The translations under genes were made by a program, and so were the position numbers. A stretch of DNA of 32,000 bases from assembly GCA_030606485.1 (NCBI GenBank), contig JAUWGH010000011.1, positions 1-32,000 of the forward strand, given 5' to 3'. This DNA is from Promethearchaeota archaeon. GTDB lineage: Archaea; Asgardarchaeota; Lokiarchaeia; Sigyniarchaeales; SOKP01. The notes under the pieces are model-generated. The model was not told the DNA's origin, made no database searches, and worked only from the letters and a program-made list of their open reading frames with translations. Position 1 is the stretch's first letter. Each line of letters opens with the position of its first letter. Positions 28,000 through 32,000 of the stretch are shown in pieces.

Positions 28000-29529
28000 T
28001 TATTGCTCATCTCTAATAATATATTTAGTAATATCATCTTTATAACTGTACATGTGGAATTTATTTGGACTTAATAAAAAATTCGGATCTACTGTTTTTT
28101 TCATATCCTTAAAAAATTGCGTAAATTCGGGTGAGTAGGCACCTGCTTCGACTATTGATTGTGAAATTGACTCTCCAAGCCAGTAATGCACTGCCCCATA
28201 TTTCACCTGAGCTCTTAATTTTTTGTGCCACATATTCATCGCAATTGGATGTTGTTCATCCGTATTATCAACACTAAACCCTCCCGCAAACACACAATTT
28301 CCATTAGGCAAAAGATGGATGGAAGAAGCAAATAAAGAAAAACTAGATGCTGGAAATTCGCTTCTATATTTATTATCAAACTCAGCACTCAATTTTATTT
28401 TTTCTGGAGCTGATGAAATTGGAACTTTATGGCATGTTACGCATGAAATTCTGGGTGGAGCAAGAGAAACAAATTTATTAAAATAATTATAAGAATACTT
28501 TAAATTAAACTTCCAATCTTTAGCTAATTCAGCACTTAAATCAATTTCTTGCCATTCAAATTGTCTAGAATCATTCTTCATAATCTCATCAACTTTTTCA
28601 CGATAAATATCTAAAATTCGTTCATCAAATGCTTCCAAATATACTGAAAAAACAGGTCCCCTTAGTTTTGCTCTTTTAGGCGGTTTTTTTTTTGCTTGAG
28701 ATGCAAGAAGTCGAACTATAACTAGTGGTGAGATATATAAATCATGCAATCCATCACTAACTTCTTTACGTAACTTATACATTAATTCGAATAGTTTATT
28801 ATAATCATTTTTAGAAAGCATGTAAGTTCTTAATATTTTTATTGGAGAATTTGGAAATAATCTTAGAAATGCTTTAGTTTTAATACCCATAGTTCCTACA
28901 TCTCCCATAAAAAGTCCGGTAAAATCCGGAGCGACCCCATATCTACAAAATGGTTTTGCATACTTATTAACCGCTGCTCCCGTTCTTATAATGGTTCCTT
29001 TAGGATTGGGCAATACAACTTCAACTCCTAAACAAATGTCCGGAACTAAACCATATTTAGTGGAACCAAATCCTGCAGTGCTATTTGAAAGAGCACCTCC
29101 TACAGTTGCAGCATATCCACTTCCTGGACCAAGAACGCCTGTAGTTAAGCCTCTTTTATATAATTCCGAAACTAAAGCACCCCAGGTTACTCCACATTCA
29201 ACTTCACAATAAAAATCAAATTCATTAATTTCCAAAATTTGATTCATTCTTGTAAGGTCAATAAGAATACCTCCCTCCGAAACAGACCCTCCAACTAGAT
29301 CAGCACCTCCACCCCTTGGAACCATATGAATTTTGTATTTATTGGCGATTTTTACAATTTCAGAAACTTCTTCCGGTGTTTCAGGTCGAACTATCATATC
29401 AGCCCATCTATCAGGAAAAGCAGGATCTACATTTCTTGAATATGACGCTTTCATAAAATCCTTGTCAGTAATAAATTCCGATCCAATGTAATTCTCAATT
29501 TCCTTGTATGCATTTAAAATATTAGACAT
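28000..29529 (-). CDS. FAD-binding oxidoreductase (VAO/GlcD/D-lactate dehydrogenase-like)
   Basis: IVRPETPEEVSEIVKIAN, PRGGG, IDLTRMNQI, ATVGGALS, KYG, GLFMGDVGTMGIKT and a C-terminal KKTVDPNFLLSPNK. Confidence 0.9.
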   Translation of the reverse strand: MSNILNAYKEIENYIGSEFITDKDFMKASYSRNVDPAFPDRWADMIVRPETPEEVSEIVKIANKYKIHMVPRGGGADLVGGSVSEGGILIDLTRMNQILEINEFDFYCEVECGVTWGALVSELYKRGLTTGVLGPGSGYAATVGGALSNSTAGFGSTKYGLVPDICLGVEVVLPNPKGTIIRTGAAVNKYAKPFCRYGVAPDFTGLFMGDVGTMGIKTKAFLRLFPNSPIKILRTYMLSKNDYNKLFELMYKLRKEVSDGLHDLYISPLVIVRLLASQAKKKPPKRAKLRGPVFSVYLEAFDERILDIYREKVDEIMKNDSRQFEWQEIDLSAELAKDWKFNLKYSYNYFNKFVSLAPPRISCVTCHKVPISSAPEKIKLSAEFDNKYRSEFPASSFSLFASSIHLLPNGNCVFAGGFSVDNTDEQHPIAMNMWHKKLRAQVKYGAVHYWLGESISQSIVEAGAYSPEFTQFFKDMKKTVDPNFLLSPNKFHMYSYKDDITKYIIRDEQ

Positions 29530-29753
29530 TTTTTAACTATGATTTTCAAATTTAATAATATAAAATTAGAACTTGTGATTTAAATAAGTTTATTTACTCA
29601 TCAAATATTTAATTCTCGAATAAAATTGAATCTAATTTCCCTATATTTATTTGATTAAAAATTAGTGAAATTTATTATTAGGCGCTTACTCCCTCATAAT
29701 GATCATTACTCTTAACAAGTGAAGCTTTAACCTTCATTGTTATAAATCCCCTT

Positions 29754-30530
29754 TCATTTAGAATTAATTATTAAATTAAGGGTTTCTTTCATTTTCCTAG
29801 CTTTATAAGAAACAAACTCACCATTGCATATAATACAATAAGTGCCATATGCATTAATCGAATTTTGCTGTGCTTCCTTACAGTCTTTCAACACTTTCTC
29901 TTGAAAAGGTATATTTTTAAAATGTGCATATTCTTTTAGTTCCTCAACGATATCATAAACATAAGGACATTGATGAGAATTGAAAATAGTTATCCCTTCG
30001 TTATATTCCTTTAAAGTTTCCTCAGATAATGGAAAAAACTTAGGTAAAGGTGCATCGTCTGCAAAAGCTTTAGCATATAATACGTAATTAGGGGTTATCT
30101 CATCTACCTTTTCAAATCCATGCTTAAGGAATAATGCTTTTTTAGGCAACCAACCTCCTTTCTCAGCGGTCATAATTACAACACCAAATAATCCTTGCCC
30201 TTTTGCATCCTTGAAACATTCTTCTAAGAGTTTTGAACCATGTCCTTTCTTCTTATGCTTACCTACGACCCAAAGGCAATGAATTACCATCCAGCCATCC
30301 GCTTGAATTCCACGCCAATTATACTCACCTGGAATGTATTCAATAAAACCTCGTGATGTTAATTTATTAGATTCTTTAACTAAGAGAAGCTTGTATTTTA
30401 ACCCTTCTTTAAATCGTTCTTTTATCCATTTGGCCTTATTTTGATAGCCCTTTTCCTTGCTTTGCGATTTCTTGCAAAATAACTTATATTCATCCATATT
30501 TTCTTCATTAATATCAATTATTTTTGCCAT
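29754..30530 (-). CDS. GNAT-family N-acetyltransferase with YoaP-like C-terminal domain
   Basis: GFIEYIPGE, IHCLWV, KKGHGSKLL (acetyl-CoA loop), FLKHGF and C-terminal HQCPY. Confidence 0.8.
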   Translation of the reverse strand: MAKIIDINEENMDEYKLFCKKSQSKEKGYQNKAKWIKERFKEGLKYKLLLVKESNKLTSRGFIEYIPGEYNWRGIQADGWMVIHCLWVVGKHKKKGHGSKLLEECFKDAKGQGLFGVVIMTAEKGGWLPKKALFLKHGFEKVDEITPNYVLYAKAFADDAPLPKFFPLSEETLKEYNEGITIFNSHQCPYVYDIVEELKEYAHFKNIPFQEKVLKDCKEAQQNSINAYGTYCIICNGEFVSYKARKMKETLNLIINSK

Positions 30531-30574
30531 ATTTTTTACCTCCTTTTTATCTTAAAAAAAAAAGATTTGAATAT

Positions 30575-31075
30575 TTATTGTGATTCTTCTTCGAAAAATC
30601 CTTGTTCAGCTGCCCATTCAGCCGCATCTTCATACCATTCTGGCCACCCTTTAAGCCATGGAGGTATAAAAGCTTCTCTTACTCGATCACAAACAGGGAA
30701 ATAACCTTTTATATCAATAACAGGCGTTCCATCAAAAGCATCTATAAATGGTATTTTTACTAATCCTTTATCATGATTAACTTCTAAAATATTCACTGCT
30801 GTTAAAGCAATGGGGTTTGGGCGAAATTCTGCTCTGGTAGCAAATACACCAGTAACAGGGGGATTTTCACCGTAGGGAGGAGTAACTTGCATAGTATTAC
30901 GGCTCTCCTTATTATCATTTATATGAGCCCACCAGAAAACCTGTGCATGACTAAAATGCTCTAATTCTTTAAGTGCAGGAATAAAAGGCTTTAAAATTTC
31001 AATATAAAATTCTCCATTAATTTGTTTAACATATCCAATTGGATATATATTAAATTCTTCTTTTTTTTCGTTCAT
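30575..31075 (-). CDS. trmO: TsaA/TrmO-like SAM-binding beta-barrel protein (tRNA m6t6A37 methyltransferase family)
   Basis: YPIGYV, LKELEHFSHAQVFWWAH, GVFATRAEFRPNPIAL and IDAFDGTPVIDIKGY. Confidence 0.85.
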   Translation of the reverse strand: MNEKKEEFNIYPIGYVKQINGEFYIEILKPFIPALKELEHFSHAQVFWWAHINDNKESRNTMQVTPPYGENPPVTGVFATRAEFRPNPIALTAVNILEVNHDKGLVKIPFIDAFDGTPVIDIKGYFPVCDRVREAFIPPWLKGWPEWYEDAAEWAAEQGFFEEESQ

Positions 31076-31200
31076 GATTTATTTCCTCTAAGTCTGTTTT
31101 CTATCATTTTCAATTTTTTTTAAAAATATAAATACAACAAATCAATTTCATATTTAAATATTCACATTTGTTAGGATTTTATTCATTTTTTTTAGGAAGA

Positions 31201-31237
31201 TTTAAATATGAAATATGCCATTACTATATCAGTAATG
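31201..31237 (+). promoter_or_regulatory. TATA box (TTTAAATA, 31201-31208) followed by a perfect 7-5-7 inverted repeat CATTACT-ATATC-AGTAATG (31219-31237); candidate operator
   Basis: The palindrome is read directly from the sequence. It lies just downstream of the TATA box, near the expected start site, and upstream of the GyrI-like and ArsR-type genes. Confidence 0.55.
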
Positions 31238-31254
31238 AAAAGGCTGTGTGTGCT

Positions 31255-31767
31255 TTGAACAGAGAACCAAAAATAATCGATGAAAAAAGCTATAGACTAC
31301 TAGGATGCGTTTTTTATGGTGATCCTTTCCATTCTGCGAAGGAATGGACAATAGAAAATGAAATAGGTAAAACTTGGCTGCGTTTTGGGAACCTTTCTAG
31401 AAAATATTCAATTTTACTTAAAAAAATTAACGTAAATCCTTATGTGGCATATGAAATACATATAGAACCTGAAGAATACAAGAAAACTAAAAAATATGAT
31501 GTTTTTGTGGGTATTGAAGTAAAAAATTATGAAGAAGTACCCGTGGAGATGTTTGTTAAAATTCTTCCAAAAACAAGCTATGTGATGTTCATTACTAAAG
31601 GCAGAGATTTCAGCGAAGGCGAATATGTTTTTAAAAAGTGGTTACCAAATTCAAATTGCGAGCAAGCATATCCATATATAATTCAATCTTACGATAGAAG
31701 ACGATTCAAGGCACTCGATGATGAGGAGTCCGAAATTGATTGGTATATTCCAATTAAAGAAAAATAA
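31255..31767 (+). CDS. GyrI-like small-molecule-binding domain protein
   Basis: YDVFVGIEV, KILPKTSYVMF, YVFKKWLPNS and IDWYIPIK follow the GyrI/AraC effector pattern. The start is uncertain: TTG 31255 (MNREPKII) is preferred because the track's extension from 31168 overlaps the promoter. Confidence 0.8.
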   Translation: MNREPKIIDEKSYRLLGCVFYGDPFHSAKEWTIENEIGKTWLRFGNLSRKYSILLKKINVNPYVAYEIHIEPEEYKKTKKYDVFVGIEVKNYEEVPVEMFVKILPKTSYVMFITKGRDFSEGEYVFKKWLPNSNCEQAYPYIIQSYDRRRFKALDDEESEIDWYIPIKEK

Positions 31768-31793
31768 AGAAAAATATAACCATTAAATTTAAT

Positions 31794-32000
31794 ATGATTG
31801 AAAAAATAACACCAAATGAATTAAAAGAATCACTTGAACAATCATTCGATGATATTTTAGCTATTATAAAAGCTATGGGAAACCAAAATAGGTTAAAAAT
31901 TCTCATAACTTTACTTTCTGGAGAAAAATCATTTCAAACTCTTATGAGTGAAACAAATTTGCAAAAAACGGCATTATCAAATCATCTTACATTATTATTC
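31794..32000 (+). CDS. ArsR/SmtB-type winged-HTH regulator, 3'-truncated by the window
   Basis: Manual translation gives MIEKITPNELKESLEQSFDDILAIIKAMGNQNRLKILITLLSGEKSFQTLMSETNLQKTALSNHLTLLF. The KAM.N..RLKIL...LS.HL pattern is typical of ArsR. Confidence 0.8.
   Translation, partial: MIEKITPNELKESLEQSFDDILAIIKAMGNQNRLKILITLLSGEKSFQTLMSETNLQKTALSNHLTLLF

Noticed and set aside
28000-29529. Alkyl-dihydroxyacetonephosphate synthase (ether-lipid) call
   Set aside because: The C-terminal HHH-type motif is absent, and pairing with a CCG Fe-S protein favours a dehydrogenase.
29678-29737. Resemblance of MKVKASLVK to the start of ribosomal protein bL36
   Set aside because: The ORF is too short, lacks the Zn-binding Cys/His residues, and bL36 is bacterial.

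Overview
An AT-rich archaeal window that by inference comes from an Asgard archaeon (Lokiarchaeia/Promethearchaeia). This rests on GGTGA/GAGGTGA ribosome-binding sites, TTTAAATA/TTTATATA TATA boxes, 7TM proteins with longin-like tails and paralogous GPH-family MFS carriers. It is a gene-dense, mostly catabolic and accessory region of about 33 CDSs. These include a divergent kbl/tdh threonine-degradation pair with ubiX, a membrane-fused amidohydrolase, a sulfatase, a 5'-nucleotidase-family phosphoesterase, a BKACE enzyme, an acetoacetate-decarboxylase-like enzyme, an M24 peptidase with altered metal ligands, a FAD-oxidoreductase/CCG Fe-S pair, several transporters and a GyrI/ArsR module. Four elements are missing from the ORF track: an ilvC pseudogene (21468-21776, minus), a 46-aa ORF with a strong RBS (1780-1920), the 5'-open extension of the first gene and a 3'-truncated ArsR-type regulator. 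The best candidates for new biology are a tandem pair of 7TM + longin-like putative receptors, a tail-anchored zinc-ribbon/coiled-coil protein, a surface protein with a cytoplasmic polyproline motif, and a duplicated small-protein unit sharing an exact 24-nt leader element. I recognised no rRNA, tRNA, CRISPR array or transposase. All family assignments come from motif recognition by eye; no database searches were run.
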